Origin: Haliotis cracherodii
Taxonomy: Eukaryota
Length of the DNA: 64,000 nucleotides
Assembly: GCF_022045235.1 (NCBI RefSeq)
Contig: NW_027266341.1
Span: forward strand, 19,654,001 to 19,718,000
Direction: 5' to 3'
Position 1 is the first letter of the stretch; every line of letters begins with the position of its first letter. The translations under genes were made by a program, and so were the position numbers. Shown here piece by piece: positions 12,652 through 27,800 of the stretch. The notes under the pieces are model-generated. The model did not search any database. It was not told where the DNA came from and saw only the letters and a list, made by a program, of their open reading frames with translations.

Positions 12652-12805
12652 GGTTCTTGTACGTGGTGCAGCGTGAGCGGAAGGAAAGTAGTGCTAAAAC
12701 CAGTCAGTTTACTCCAACTGACGGACGCGGAAAGAGTTGCGCTGCAGAAAATAGCTGTACCCAAACTTCAGTCTATGGACATTGGTCCTTTAGCTGTTCC
12801 CAAAG
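12652..12805 (+). CDS. ARHGAP6: ARHGAP6-like coding exon (first identified; internal exon)
   Basis: Acceptor ttgttgcag|, encodes [51 protein letters not shown], donor G|gtaag (phase 1). Confidence 0.85.
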
Positions 12806-15800
12806 GTAAGAAAGACTATGAACTAATCGAGACTAACATCTGACTTCAACGTCCCATCGCATTTTTTTTAAGGTTATCTTATCCTGTTATCTTATAGTCT
12901 GACTGGCGGGTGCTTACCCTTTTCGCGAACACCTGGCGTCATCGCTCATTTTTAGTGATCCATTTATGTATTTTTCATTAGTATTTTGCCTTTTGAAATC
13001 CATGAAATCTGTTTCGGCAGATGATCAAGACATCTCTGGCGTTGATTATCTTAAATTTATACAAGAAAATTTAATATACATCTTTTACAAAGAGCTAACA
13101 AGCCCCTTTACAATCTAGCCTTTTAGGAAAACGCATGAAGTAAAACAATATCATCAACTGAATATTTTTTACGATGTGTTTATTTGTTTGTTTGTTGTTT
13201 AACGTCACACTCAGACGGCGGTCTGTAAATAACCAAGTCTGGACCAGACAATCCAGTGATTGCCATCATGAGCATCAATCCACGCAACTTGGATACAATG
13301 ACATGCGTCAACCAAGTCAGCGAACCTTACCACCCGATCCCGTTATAGTCGCCTTTTACGGCAATCATGGCTTACTGAAAACATATTCTAACCCGGATCT
13401 TCACGGGTCTTTACGATGTGTATTTAAGTAGGAATAATTCTACACTTTGTATTTTTCTAATTAGATGTTTCCTCTTGTTTCTCGAATGTATGTAATTCTG
13501 GTAATGCTCGTGGGGTCACTGTCACTTGAGGGTCAAGGACGTGCACGTGTAGTTTATGAATATAGCATAGGCTACTGACAATGTCCTGATTGTGCTGCTC
13601 TGACACCTAAATGGAGTGACCTTGTTTAGTCTCATTAAGGTCGTGTTAACGTTATCACCTCAATCAAATGTTTGTGTGAGCCCAGCATGAGAGCACATTC
13701 TGCATCATGTACATTAATCTATATGGAGAAGTCAATAACGGTCATTGACGGAGCCTGTTGCCCCTTGAATGGCGAAGCAGTCATACGCTGGACATTATCA
13801 AATCCGACCAGTCGAGATATGAAAGCGTGGTCACTTCAAACTCCCAATTAGTTCCATTTTGTCAAGACCCCGCGGTGAAGTAATTACGACCGCGCACCTG
13901 TATGGAAACCCACATTAAAAGCACGTGTTGGGCACTCAAACGTTTCGTCTGAAGCATGTCCGAATCGCCAACAGATACCGTGAGCGACACCTGGTGGTCG
14001 ATAAAAGCAACGTGTTATTGTCCAGGGAGATAATTCAAAACACTGCGGGAATAACATGACGGTCGTTCTTCTGGCGTCAATCTGGGGACAAAATGTCGAA
14101 CGCTTTTCTTGGACGGCGAATGTTTCTCATTGATTCCATTCCAAGACAACATAAACCGTGGCCATACCGGATGCCAGGTGCATTTTGGGAGGTTTCGGAC
14201 ACCTGCATGTGTTCTGGGCACCATAGGGAATGGATTTAGCGGCATAGTTGAAGGCATTGACTTTCCAAGGCCATCGTATGGACAACCGAGCATGGTCCAT
14301 ATTCTCTTCATGAGATCTTGGACCATAAAGCGAGATGCAACTGACGATATTGCGTGGCACAGTATCAGTGTTACGACACGTGAGAGGCGTGGTTGACATG
14401 TGTAGAATACTCTGTTTGACATCAATAGCACTGTGACTACTATGTGTCCGAATATGCTACTCAACTTTTGAGAGGGATAATCAGATATGCCATTCTTTTT
14501 AAATGTACATGAGACATTTTTGTGTATCATGGAATGATTGGAATAGTGTTGCTTAATTAGGATCCAACAGATTGATTATTTATTCGTCGAACTGGTCGTT
14601 GTTTCTTTACAGAACTATTTAGCTACAAAATAAGCTCTTTGGAAATGATCCATATTAAAGTTCTGCAGAACAAAATTTGGTGTTTGCAGACAATAGTAAT
14701 AATCGTATCAAGCTCCTCAATTTATTATAAAAATCCGACGAACAATGAAATTCGTCAAATGAAAGCGGTCCCTGTACTTGAATAAAGACACACTTTGAAA
14801 ACGCATATTCGAGAAAAAAGCTTAAGTAAACGTCCATTTTATCTGAGAAAGGAAGACGTGCTGATAATAATTTACCACGATGGTGCTGGGAGATAGGGAC
14901 GCTCCAGATGACCCGCATACCTGTCTGTACAACCTCCACTCGTAAATTATGTCTGTCGTCTGCTGCAATGACAAGTCTACTAATGCCTCACATCTGTGAG
15001 TTATTACGTGTCCCTGTATGGCAATATCGGGGGATATACTTCATATCATATTACATAATCCCTGACATGAACATCCGAAGCTGTGACTTCATTTACATAC
15101 CCCTGTCTAGGGAATCACCTCATCTCTAAGTATACTGAAGGGCTGCATAAGAGAACATTAATAAGGGGCAACTTGTTTTATACGTGACATCCCTTACGTA
15201 CCCCTTAACGCCGTCGCGGCGGTGGGGTAGCCTTGTGGTTAAAGCGTTCGCTCGCCACGCAGAAATCCCGGGTTCAATTCCCCTACATCGGTACAATGTG
15301 TGAAGCTAATTTCTGGTGTCCCCAGTCGTGATATTGCTGGAATATTGCTAAAAGGTGCGAAAAGCCCTACTCACTCACTTTAACGCTGTCGGTTCCAAAG
15401 AAACTTTCCGGGCATTAGATACTCAATAACACCCGCAAATCTGTAAACGAGATTATTCTAAGATAACCCACCAATATTTCACGTTGTGTCGTATGTTTTG
15501 GATATGAAACATTTGCATTGAACACTGCAGAACGTATCGTTGTGTATCCGACTATCCAGTGTACTATATCTCCATTCTATTGTGAAAATTAGCCTGCACT
15601 CATTCGCTGCCATAATTTTGTTTTGAGCCAAATTCGAATGGCACGACGCCAAAATAATCGCCCAATCAAATAACACCCATGGGCGAGAAAAATTCAATGC
15701 TATGTAAATAGATAAGAGAGATGGAGATGGTGCCGTCACTTCCGAAACGAAGCTGCAGTGGCAAATGGGTCTAAGGTATATGTCATAATAGAATGAAAAT

Positions 15801-18800
15801 ATAGGTATATCGGACAAGCGAGGATGACCAGTACGATTTTCTTGTTATTTTTACCTTCCCTCAACTAAAGGGCGTACAGCTGAACATGAAACAGGAAAGC
15901 GGAAAACTAAGCACAATGTCAGTTTTTCTTGTTAATCTGATATATGCCTCCGCCTTAGGTCAACATCCTACCTCTGACTCCTGACCTCAGTAAACCCATG
16001 CCATCACAAGTATAATGGCGAAATATCGGACGTCAGGCAGGTCATCATTGCGCAAGGGCTTCTGGGATACGTATAAACTAATTAGCATTTAGCATAGTAT
16101 TACAGTGTCATGTTTATTCATTCATATCATTGTGAGGTGACTTCAAGGTTAAACTGCCTGAAACGCTTCAAGAAGCCAAACCTGTTACGTCACTTGAGTC
16201 AGCTGTTCTAAGATGACACGATGACAGTTCCGTTTGGGCGTGACTGTATTGCAGACAGTGCACCTTTGTGGTAACGCTTTTTAGTGCAGTATGAACAAGC
16301 CATTGTCTCCCGCTTGTCGTGATGTGTTTAGAGCTTTAAAAATTTTTTTTGATATTTCTTCACAACAAACCAGATGCTTTGTTGTTCCTGGATAAAGCCT
16401 CTCTTGTGACTACATTAAGCTTGGTCACATCACCCATTTGGCTAAAAGGCGAATTGAAATAAGCATTGTGAAAGTTAAATGTTTTGTGATAGGCACCTTC
16501 AACCACGTGCGTCACCCGTGAAGATCCGGGGTTAAATAGGTCTTCAGCAACCCAAGCTTGTCGTGACTATGCTTGTCGTAAGAGGCGACTAACGGGATCG
16601 GGCGGTCAGACAGGCTGACTTTGTTGATGCATGTGATCGTATCTCAGTTGCGTGATTCGATGCTCATGATGTCAATCACTGGATTGTCTGGTCCAGACTC
16701 GATTATTTACATACTGCCGTCATATAGCTTGAATATTGCTCAGTGTGGCGTTAAACAACAAACAAACAATTGTGTATGTCGCAAGGTCATCAAGACATGC
16801 TTACGTAAATCGGAAAATGTGGCGTCATGAGATTCAAATACTTTCAGCTGGGTTAAGTAAAAGAAGGTGAACGTTTTTGTTGTTGAATACGACCACGTGA
16901 CTTAGTGGTTACTGCGCTTGCGCGTCATACAGAAGGACCCAGTTCGATTCTCAGAAGAAGAAGAGTGAACAAGTTAGATATTAGTCGTATCAGCTACACA
17001 GAGACAATAGAAGACTTGGAATCTCTTTGGTATTGCTTCAAATTTGCTGAGAAATGTCGCCAAACTGAATTAATCTTCCCCGACTCGCAAGACATTAGTA
17101 ACGACAGAACGCAACAGAGACGTATAACATGGCCGCAAAACAGGTTCTTCCTGAGGTCTCTGGACATGAATGTCGTGGGCTAAGAGGTTATTGATGGACT
17201 GTCGTCCAGGTGACAAGGTAGAAACACATATACATACGGGTTGTACAAGCTGATACTGTCATCAGTGTCAGTGGGTCGAGGCCGTAGATCACCACGTCAA
17301 ACCATACAAGCAGCGTTTACTACCACGTGGTACCAATCCATGCAACACCTGTCAGGTGGGAGATGGACTGACGGAACATCACAGCATATGGAGTAATAGG
17401 TTGTTAGGTAGATGTGGTCTCCAGGTTGATCGAGGAGACTTCGCAAGTTACATCTGTATATGATCAGTTGGCAATTGCGTATTATGTTTTCCGTTGCGCA
17501 AAGCGGTTTGCAAGTTCAGGTTTAAATAAAAGAAGTCGATCACTGTAGAAACTATTCCCTTTTTCCATTTTGTTTGTTTTATTATCCTTCTCTTTTGACG
17601 GAGATGCGAATATAGACATCCCTATGACTTGCCATCTTTAACATGGCTGTGACCCCTGAAGATCCGGGGTAGGATAGGTCTTCAGCAACCCATGTTTGCC
17701 CTTAAAGGCGACTTCGCTTGTTGTATGAGGCGACTAAGGGGATCGGGTGGTCAGGCTCTCTGATTTGGTTGATGTATGTCATCGTAACCCAATCACGTGG
17801 ATCGATGCTCATGATGTCAGACTTGATTATTTACAGACCACCGTCATATATAGCCTGAATATTGCCGCGTGAGGCGTCAAAAAAACAAAACAACAAATAA
17901 CGTGACTGTTATTGATACGAAAAGGAATATGAGAGGATTTTGGTCATACATATTCAACGTGGGACGAAGGAAAATATTTATGTTGATGGAAGTGATCATC
18001 ACAGAAGACACTTCGAACACATTCACTTGTGGCCAGAATACAGACCGATGACGTTTCCATATTGTGCACCAGTTAGAACTGACACAACGAAAGCGAACGA
18101 GAATGTCTGTAAACAATGGTAACCTGAACGTCAAAGCGACCTTCATCTTTGAACTTGCAGGTCACTTTCCCCGGCGTAATGTTTCGAGACCCCCAACCTA
18201 TAACCCCCCTCGCATCAGTGTACCGCCCATGTTGCAGGTGCTTGTACGTGTTTGTCGTCGTCAGCATATCTGTTCTGTCATATTACCCTGACAACTGATC
18301 CAAACTGTGTTATTTCTGCACGCGTGGAGCAGCAGTGTACTTTCTACATACACCTAGTCAACTGGTGAATGGTCTCAAACGTCCATCATTAGTTACATCA
18401 TGTCTAGGGCATTTAAAAAATGTTTCTGATTATATATCACGTGACATGTTCAAATTATCACGTGATATTAGACGTCTACTTCATTTCACCTATGAACGTT
18501 GGTTTGGCTATGGGTCTTGTAATGGCCGCCAACCATACCACTAAAAGGGTTTAAATTAGAGAATAGAGCGGAAACGACCGAATGTATGTAGTTCCGCGGA
18601 GGGCTTTTATTCTGTTCTTGTCTAGAATGCCACGGGCTTTCTCCCTCGATGTCTATGCCTGTTTGCATTTGTTTATTTGTTCCGAACCACGATGAACATA
18701 CTACGCCCACACAAACGAACTACCGATAGGGACTATATCTCGTGTGGGCTCCAGTGATACCCTTATATGGGTGTACAAGATGCGCGTATGAATACAAGGA

Positions 18801-21800
18801 AGTTCAAGTTTTACCCAGTCATTGCTAACTCTATTTTTTTTAAGTTTAATTTTACCGTGTTTCTAAATCTTACATTCACGTCATGACAGCTTTTTAGTAT
18901 TAAAATTTTATTTCCGGAAAAGCATTTACATATTTTATTTGAATACATTGTGAAGTTGACAATTACAAAGCGGGGTCGTCTTTAGTTGCAAAAGAACATG
19001 CAGGCGTTAAAACGTCACGGAATGAAAATTAGTCGAAAAGGTGGTCGCGGTGTCAAGATAAAAATGAAAAATTAGCTTAAAATAGTTCCTGGTTTTAAAA
19101 CTGTCATCATTTCGACTGGCATAGGCATCTCCGGCAGTCATGCTACTGACTTATCGCCTGGCGACATGAAGGCGATAAGACGACGTGTGGGCAAGCTCCA
19201 GTCAGTCTTTCTAACATCCGCGGTGTGTTGAGAGAATATAAATGACAAATGACAGGGGTTATATATTCTTCTTTTAATGACATCTCAAAGGTGACAATAG
19301 GGTGTTTTCGGATGCAGAAAAACTCCAGGAAGCAGCGTTGAAATAATTGAAGAATGTGACGTAGGTCTTTGAATTTCGGATACAGCAGACATTATATTTG
19401 TATGCCGAAGACGTTTATCCCAAAAAGAATGTATGTCTCGACGTGCAGAATGTCTCTTAAATACTATAGGAATCTGTTATCGAGAAACACGGCTGTTCTC
19501 ATATATTCCCTCTGATTCAAAGCTTCATTGTCGACACACCTGGATTTCAAAGTAGTGAGTAAGAGAGTTAACACCGCTTTTAACAGTATTCCAGTTATAT
19601 CGCGGCGTGTCAGCTTAATGTGGGAGGAAAGCCCGAAGTGATGCAGGTCTCAGACGTTTACCACTTTGGTGAAACTCACGAGCACGGGTATCGTGCTGAC
19701 AAACCTAGAACCATAATCGGGGCGAACCGGGATTCGAACCCACAATCATAGGTTTCTGGCGTTCCCAAGGGACGCAACTCTGCACACAGCGATTTTCGGT
19801 GCCTAAGACGACTGCGTTACCCGCACCAGTTCAAAATAGACGACACACTTTGAAAACAACTTTGTTCGTCTAAAGGTTTATTATTCGTCATTGAATGATT
19901 GTGTACGTTTTGGGAAAAATAATATAATGATATTATAGAATGTTCTCAATTTCGATAGGCACAGTGACGTGTGAGCCATACCAACCACACTCTGGGCTAC
20001 GTCATATTATGATATCAATCTGGTAGAGCAAATCAAAGGACTATAACATTACAATTATTTCTTTCAAATCGTTTATCATCAACCAAGCGTTTCGAAATAA
20101 TATGTAAGTATTGAAACATTAGTACCCACTCCCGCAATTACATTCACAACAATTTAAGTAGAATTTGTCCTCAAATAAGCCTTGAACATTATCAGATATG
20201 ACGGTTTCTCACATTTAACTCCATGTTCCTAAATATGTTCTGTCTTTCTGCTTCTGTAGAAGTGGTGAGATGAAAGGGGACATAAGTATAGTGCATTATC
20301 TATGCTGGTCTCCTCCCTGAGCGTTCTTTTGCATGGTTGCACGTTCGTTGAACATACTTTCACGGTCTATACAAGAGGGGATTGCGGGGAATTACACACC
20401 GGGCGGCCAACAATGGGTCGTGATTTGTGGTAAACAGGGAAGATATTTGGGGGTGATGTATCGCCTGTCGGGGTCGGTCATCTTCACGGACCTGTGTAGT
20501 CCAAACCACAGGGAGCTTTACATGAGGGTATTTTGGACGCATAAAGATCAAGAGCTTTTGATATATCTGTTGACGTCTACAGAAAGCTCATGTAGCAGCC
20601 AACTTGACAACCAGGGAGAAAATGGGCCGACCATTTGTTATACTGAAGGGAATGTGGGATTGTTTTGGAAAAATAATAATATTCCCGAAAATGATGATTT
20701 TTTTTGCAAAGCATCGTTCACTGGACATGCTAGATGTTCTGAAAAAATAACATTTCGTGGATCCCCAAAACCCTTTCGGAGAAGAATTGGGGAGGCAGTA
20801 AGGTTTTACGCCAATTTTATAATATTCAAGCAATGTCACGCCCATCTTCCCAAGGCAAACGTGTCGACTAGCCTATATCAAAGCCCCAGCCTTTGATAAA
20901 AAGGCTTGTGGACACTCGTGCCTCGGGAATATGTATATGAAATTACAAATGGGCTTCACACACCATGTAGGAAAAGAACCCGGACCTTCGGCGTGTCGAG
21001 CAAACGATTTAGCATCGAGGCTAACCACCCGCCCCGCTTTCTGAGAAGAAACTATATCTTGAATCGCAGACTGCAAAATTAGTCCCGTCTCAGACTGAAG
21101 TCCATGTTTTACCATTCTGAATGAGTATGTGGGGTGGTTTTACGCCACTTTGGACAGCATTTCGGTTATACTGTATTTTCAGTTTTATGCAAGTGGAAAT
21201 CTCAAAGTAACGCAGGCCGTATATCTTTACCACTTTCGTGACACTGGCTTCGAATAAATTCTTGTTATAGTATTTAGTTAGTCCAGAAACAATTGTCAAT
21301 AATTCATGAATATAAATCTTACGTTTATAGCTTTGTTTTATTTCATCGATTTACACATTGGCTTTGATGTCGTGTGACAAAATATGTGGAGTATTAAAGT
21401 AGGTCTACTATGAATTTGGCCTAGGGCATCGTGTAAAGGTTTTTACCGATAGATCGCAATGATGGTCGACACAACTGTGTGCCAATAGGCGCGCCCGAAG
21501 TATGTCACGTGTCACACTCCATTGCTCGTACATCTGTGGTGTTTCTGCGTCATCAACAAATGTGGAGAACGGGGTATTCGCTTGTGGGGATCACTTGCGT
21601 CATTTGTACATAAACACATTTAATATGTATAGAATTTGGATACGCGTAAATACGAAGACGCACACGCATGTACGTACGCGTGCACATACTTACCCACACC
21701 ATGAGAGTAGTATGATACAGATATCTAGTATTAGCTATCACCTCAGTACTTGTTGGTATTTGTATATTTCAAATAATTTAATACTAAATATGATCAGCTG

Positions 21801-24800
21801 ATGATGTGTTAAGCTTTTAGGAACACAATAATTCAGTACCGTAGCACTAAGTAGTGACAGAGAAAAAAAACTTATGTTCAAGGAGCAACTGTTCTGGGAA
21901 TATGGTAACTGCTGCTAAACAACGGAAGGGTAACGGTTGAAAGGGGGTACCCTAAATTATTCACCTGTAGGTGAACTATAATTTATATGAAATATTAACA
22001 TGCTAATATTAACATTATAATGACTGCTTAATTAACACTCATGGTAACAATTTGATCATTAGTGGCAATGGCAGCTGTCATAGTGCCAATAAAACACTAT
22101 TCCCGTGACAACTGATAATTATGGTGACTGTATTGAAATAATGCTCTGAACCATGATAGTATTTATGATGATTGTTAGTAATCTGAATGTTAATAATGAT
22201 AATAAGGACAAGTTATTTTGTTTCCAGGAGATTCTGATGACAACCGGAGGTCAAAGAAAGTGTTGTCGCTGAAAAGAAGATCAAAGTCGGCCAATCTGGC
22301 TGGTTTGTTGGATACTCTAGCTGAGAAAGAAAAACAGAAGGATTCAAACCCAAAAGGTTGGTTTCATTGTGCCAAAATATTGCACCTTCATTTTCAAGCA
22401 TATCAATTTTGGATGAATTACAGTGTTGTGTGAAAAAAGGTTCTACGGGAAGAATTGACAATTATAAAAGAAGGTAATTTGCTTTTAGATACTCATGGTT
22501 TTTTTTAAAATTCATAACATTAAAACATTCTTCAAACAGTTGCTTAGCATTCTGAAAAATGAATTTGCAAAAATCTAAAAAAACTTTCGAAAAGATATAG
22601 AAATCAATTTTCAAAACTGTGTTAAGTTTCCTACTCAAAATAAGGTTGTTATAAAATATATTGTCCTTTTATCACCAAACAAGTATGTAAAAGGCCTACA
22701 CTACTGAAACTGTTCAGCCACACAATTGCCATTATGTGTGCTACGGTCATATATACCCCGGTACTAGTCCTTCCAAGCAAACCCTGGTATTTCAATAGAC
22801 CGTTATTGATATGTATAGAATGAAACAGAGGCTCTAAGGGTCTGATAATGAAAGAGAGGCTACAGATTTATAGAACGACCTGGTGTGTGATTGAAGCTTA
22901 CTCTATAGGGGTGCGTAAAGTTTGCGACAAGGACCTGCCACGCCCACAACTGTGGTTGGTGGTGCATGAGAAATGTCATTCCCCTAGTCATCCTTTGACC
23001 TCGGCGACAGAAACTATTTTCCACATGACTGCTACTAATGTTCTATTAAATGTATTTTGAGGTTTAAGTTCTTGCATTACAATGTGTTAAGTATTTATAA
23101 ATGTAGTGTAGCGCAAGCCATTAAGTACATTTATAGGATTTTTCAAAATGTTATTGTGGTTAAATCATTTCAAAATTTCTACTGTGTTAGGCTCGTGTTA
23201 ATTTACTGAACAGAAAAAAATCTATTTTCAGTTGGATGAATGAATATCTTGTATAGATATCAAATTTATTCAGTGCTCTCAAGTTATTTATGAAGTCAAA
23301 GAGGAAAGCAGGAATATTCAGAAATATTGTAAATATTTTCAAACCACATATTACAGAACTTGAAAACAAACAAACAAACAAACAAACAAAGAATCAGTAC
23401 CCACTGACGGAAACAATATATTGTCAAAAAAAATTAAAAAATTCTTGAATAACAATGCTGACAAAATGTTTAATGTAAAGCATGAATAATTGATCAGAAA
23501 CTGATCTGGCCATATATCATAGCAGAATGACTGGTAAATAATGTATATTTATATCATGGTCATGATATTGAATGGTATTTCATTCAATAGAATTCTGACA
23601 CTCCCAAGTCAAGAATATAGGTCAAAAACATCCACCCCCACATTCAGCCAGGGCAAACATCCTGGGGTCATGTGGACAGTTGAAATAGAATTAGCTCGAG
23701 GGTGGATCTATCATTTATGTCATTAGCTCACCAACTTTACCTGAGAGTTGTTAGGACAGGGGCTAGTCGATAGACTCATCTTTGTCTCTCGGGAATTGGT
23801 TCATGTATAAATAAATGAAAAATTTATTGTTAAATTTATTATTATTAATTATTTTTCAAAAGAAGATTAAAATTATATTTATCTATTATTTACTATAATT
23901 ATTGTTATTGTTGTTTTTATAGTCAATCATTCTTTCAGTTATCGGTAATACTTTGAAAATTCTTTTTATTATCTAATATGATAATATTTTGTCATGTAAA
24001 TATACCTCGCACTAGGCTGTTAGTGACAAGGTTAGTGAAAATCTGGAAATATGTTTTTTTACAAAAAAAATGTTATGTTACATAAACCACTAGTCCAAAA
24101 TAATCAATCAGCTATTTTGATCTAACCCACTGGTATTAACTCGAGAAACAGAACCTGCTGGCATGACAACATATCCCAATCTTAGCAGTATCTACACATA
24201 CTAATCTATCTAAACACACCCCTCCCACCCCCCACCCCCACCCCCACACCCTCCCCACTATCAACAGTTTAAACTTTCATGTTAACCTTTGACCCTGGTC
24301 AGGCATGCTCTATCAGCTGGTACTGGTTTCATCAGAAAGTGTTGCACTTTCAGAATCTATAATAATCCATATTTTAATCCACTTTAATCCCAAACATCTT
24401 GTACATAATCGGTGAGACACCTCCATCCAAAGAGAGGGCAAGGCTGACGGCCTCTAGTCAAGGTGATTTGGAGCTAGTATAGAGATGGAGTGATACGAAT
24501 GATATTCACCCTATCCCAGAAGCCTTCGGGCAATCATGATATGAAGAATATATGCCACTGGCTTGACTTGAGGTGAATATAGGTCAAGTGGGTAGTGTTC
24601 ATAATTGCATAGGTGTAAAACATTTTTTATTAAACTGTTAAAGTGTTCAACATAACTTATAGCCCCTGTAGTTGTGTGAGGGAAATACCTGAACTATATC
24701 TGTGACATGCTTAAAGTAACACTGGTGATTTATTATACAAACTTTATACATTGCCACTACACCAGGATATCCAGGATACAGAGCTACAGATAAGCAGCGT

Positions 24801-27800
24801 ATTTGCATAAAATACACACCAAAATATTCAAAATACAATTACTTTCAATTAACTTGCGAACAGGAATGCATGCATTAAACAAAAAACTCAAATGTATAAA
24901 ATCAGCATGCATAAATACCCATTGAAGCTTTTTCAGCATGCGGGCAAAGGAGCTAATTGCCGAAACACATTATGAGCTAATTTACTTTCGAGTCAAGCCT
25001 ATATATTTAGAACCGTTATATACATCTAAAACATAATTTCATTTTATTTATTTTTTAATCTTAAAATGTTCACTAATTTTGGGAAAAACCCAATAGAGGG
25101 ATAAATGGATGAGTGGAAAAATATTGGTTACCCAATGAAAAATGTAATTAAAATCAAAACCCTAGAGTAAAAACTCAATTGCTCCAAATGTTATCTGGAG
25201 CTCTGTGGATAGCAAACTGAGTGTCCTTGGTAGGCATTTTGTGAAAGTATTGTTATTTTCCTCACCTTGGTCAGTGAAATAGAAATCATCTCTACAAAGG
25301 CATAACATTACTTATTACTATATAACAGCAATTGTGAAATTTGTAATTCTAATTTTGGAATTTTAACTGACATTTGCAGCAGACTTAGGGAAATATCAGC
25401 CTCTCAGCAGGTCGAGATATATCTCTAGACATAGGATATTTGTGCAGTATTGAAAAATAGGAATACAAGGGACGAACTAAGTCAAAAATAATTCTAGATG
25501 ACACAAGTGATATACAGTTAAAATATACTATTCTAAAGAAGTTAAAGAACATTCTATTCTTTCATATTACTATAGTTAATCTGTCATGGCAGAAGAATGG
25601 GGTGTTCTTAAACTTCTTTTGAGTTTTGTTTGTTTCTTATTGGTTTGTTTTGTTCAGCATTCAGCAATATTCCAGCTATAGGTTGGTGTAAAATTCTGTA
25701 AAATTCTGTAAAATTCTAGTCTGGACCAGACAATCCAGTGGTGAACATCATGACCAAGTCAGTGAGCCTGACCATCCGATCCCGTTTGTCACCTCTTCGT
25801 ATATAGGCACTGCAACTTCACCTTATAAATACACTGTTAACAGTCCATTTAGTGTATAATGTGAAATGTGTTATTTAGGTTGTCAACCTTTTAGTTTGAG
25901 AAATTATATCATACCCAGTTCATGATGTTATTCAAAAAGCTTTTATGTGTATCTCACCTTTATTTTTACCACTCCATGTGAGCAACTTAAAAAAATAGAA
26001 CACATTTTGTAACAGATAAAACTATCATTTTACATCAGGTGGAACAACAAACACATCTGTATTGTTATAAAAGACTTGTCTGCAGGTGTCAGGGGACATT
26101 AGATATACAGGTGTATAGTAAACATAGGTATGGTGTAGGTATAGAGTGCCAGCCCATGACCAAATTCCGGAGTGATAATAGAATTATGGCTTCAGTTGTC
26201 ATCATATGTAGGTCACACACAGAGTGAGGGTCGGAACTGGTGACCTTGCTGGTTGAAAGATTTGTACAATGTTTACATAGCTAATAGCTGGGATGGGCCA
26301 ATGTTTGACAAGATAGGTAATATAATGTTTTTATTGACTAGAGGTATGTATTATATTTATGGACTAGGAAGGTAATATAATCCACCTACTTTGGTGATAT
26401 TCTTTTTTTAGAACATGATACAACAGTTTGTAAACGTATAAATCTTAAAACAATGTTATTCTTATTTGATTTAGATTATTTTAGGTTTATTATATATAAT
26501 AATACTCACATGCTATTTGTATGGTCATGTGTGTTTAAGTAGAGATTTGAAAGTTTTTTGTTAAAGAAATTGGAATACTCAGCATTTTAAGTAATAATGA
26601 CTTGTCATGTGATTCAAAGTCATTTGAACAAATGCATTATGTTTTAAAATGGCTGCTTACTATAGAAGTGTGAGGATTTTCCTTTCTTGTTCAAGGTCGG
26701 GAAAGAATATATGTTGTGTTGATGAGTGTCATTAATCTCTTTTCGACTGAGATGTCATTGTCACGCTTAGGGCAACACCTCTGATTTAATGGCGACCAAA
26801 TCAGCTTGAGTCCCAGCTCATGTGTTACAAGTAGGACTTTAGACCAGATATGATAGTGAGTGAGTGAGTTAGACATATTCCAGCAATATCATTGTGGGTG
26901 ACACCAGTAATGGTCTTCACACATGTGGAAATAAAACCCTGACTTTGTATGAAATGAGCAAACACTCTATCCGCTGTACTAGAAGACTAGTGCTATTTTC
27001 CATTTTCATGTTTGCTAACAAATCAACAAATATGTTTTCTACATTCGTATCTAATTTTTTCAACATTAAATTACGATTAACTTAACTTTATTTTTAAGAT
27101 AGTATATGCCAAGTTTCTGTCCCAACTAAATTATTAATGAATTTCATTCCACTTTTGAAATTATTTTAATATTTTATTTCCTTTCACACTGTAAATCATA
27201 TCACGATACATTGCCTTTTGTGTATATGAATAATATCTAACCAATCACGTTAGAATCTGAATACTGTGTGAATGTCATGTATGTCTGAGGACACAATACA
27301 ACGTATATCACCTTTCAACCAAATGTAGTCACCCACATGACCGTGAAAACTCAGGAATTTTATCTATGCTAATTATTCTGTCCTATCTGAGGCATTTCAA
27401 AATCATCTTAAATGCCTAAAATATTTTGTAACTTTAAATTTACACTCACTTCTGATCTAACACTTAATGTTATGAACCTTGGTGTTTCAGTCACTATAGG
27501 CTACACAGTGAATGGAAGATCGGGTTACTTTTTAGGCACATAGTGACAGACATTCGATATGTCATTTACATAAAATGTAACTCAATAAATCAGACTGTCA
27601 GTGCAAGGAGACTATTAAATACACAATCTCTACATTATGTAAGCATATATCACATGGCTTGCATATTGCAGAAGCGATTTTCTAGATGTTATATATAAAA
27701 TGTATTGCCTCTTGAAATATACATGTAATAACTTATGATATAGGTTACTAAGTATACATCACTAAACTAATACGTAGGTATTACTATATAACAAGATGGT

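Noticed and set aside
14015-14530. 171-aa ORF on the - strand (with overlapping ORFs)
   Set aside because: No recognisable family or exon context; it lies in a RhoGAP intron and is compatible with chance.
17651-17700. Hammerhead ribozyme (CTGAAGA core) at the SINE B 5' end
   Set aside because: The GAAA half of the core is missing, CTGAAGA is GTGAAGA in other copies, and it pairs with TCTTCA.
20333-20896. 187-aa ORF on the + strand
   Set aside because: No recognisable domain. Its 3' part runs through a SINE tail and a MITE, and it has no splice-phase link to the RhoGAP exons.
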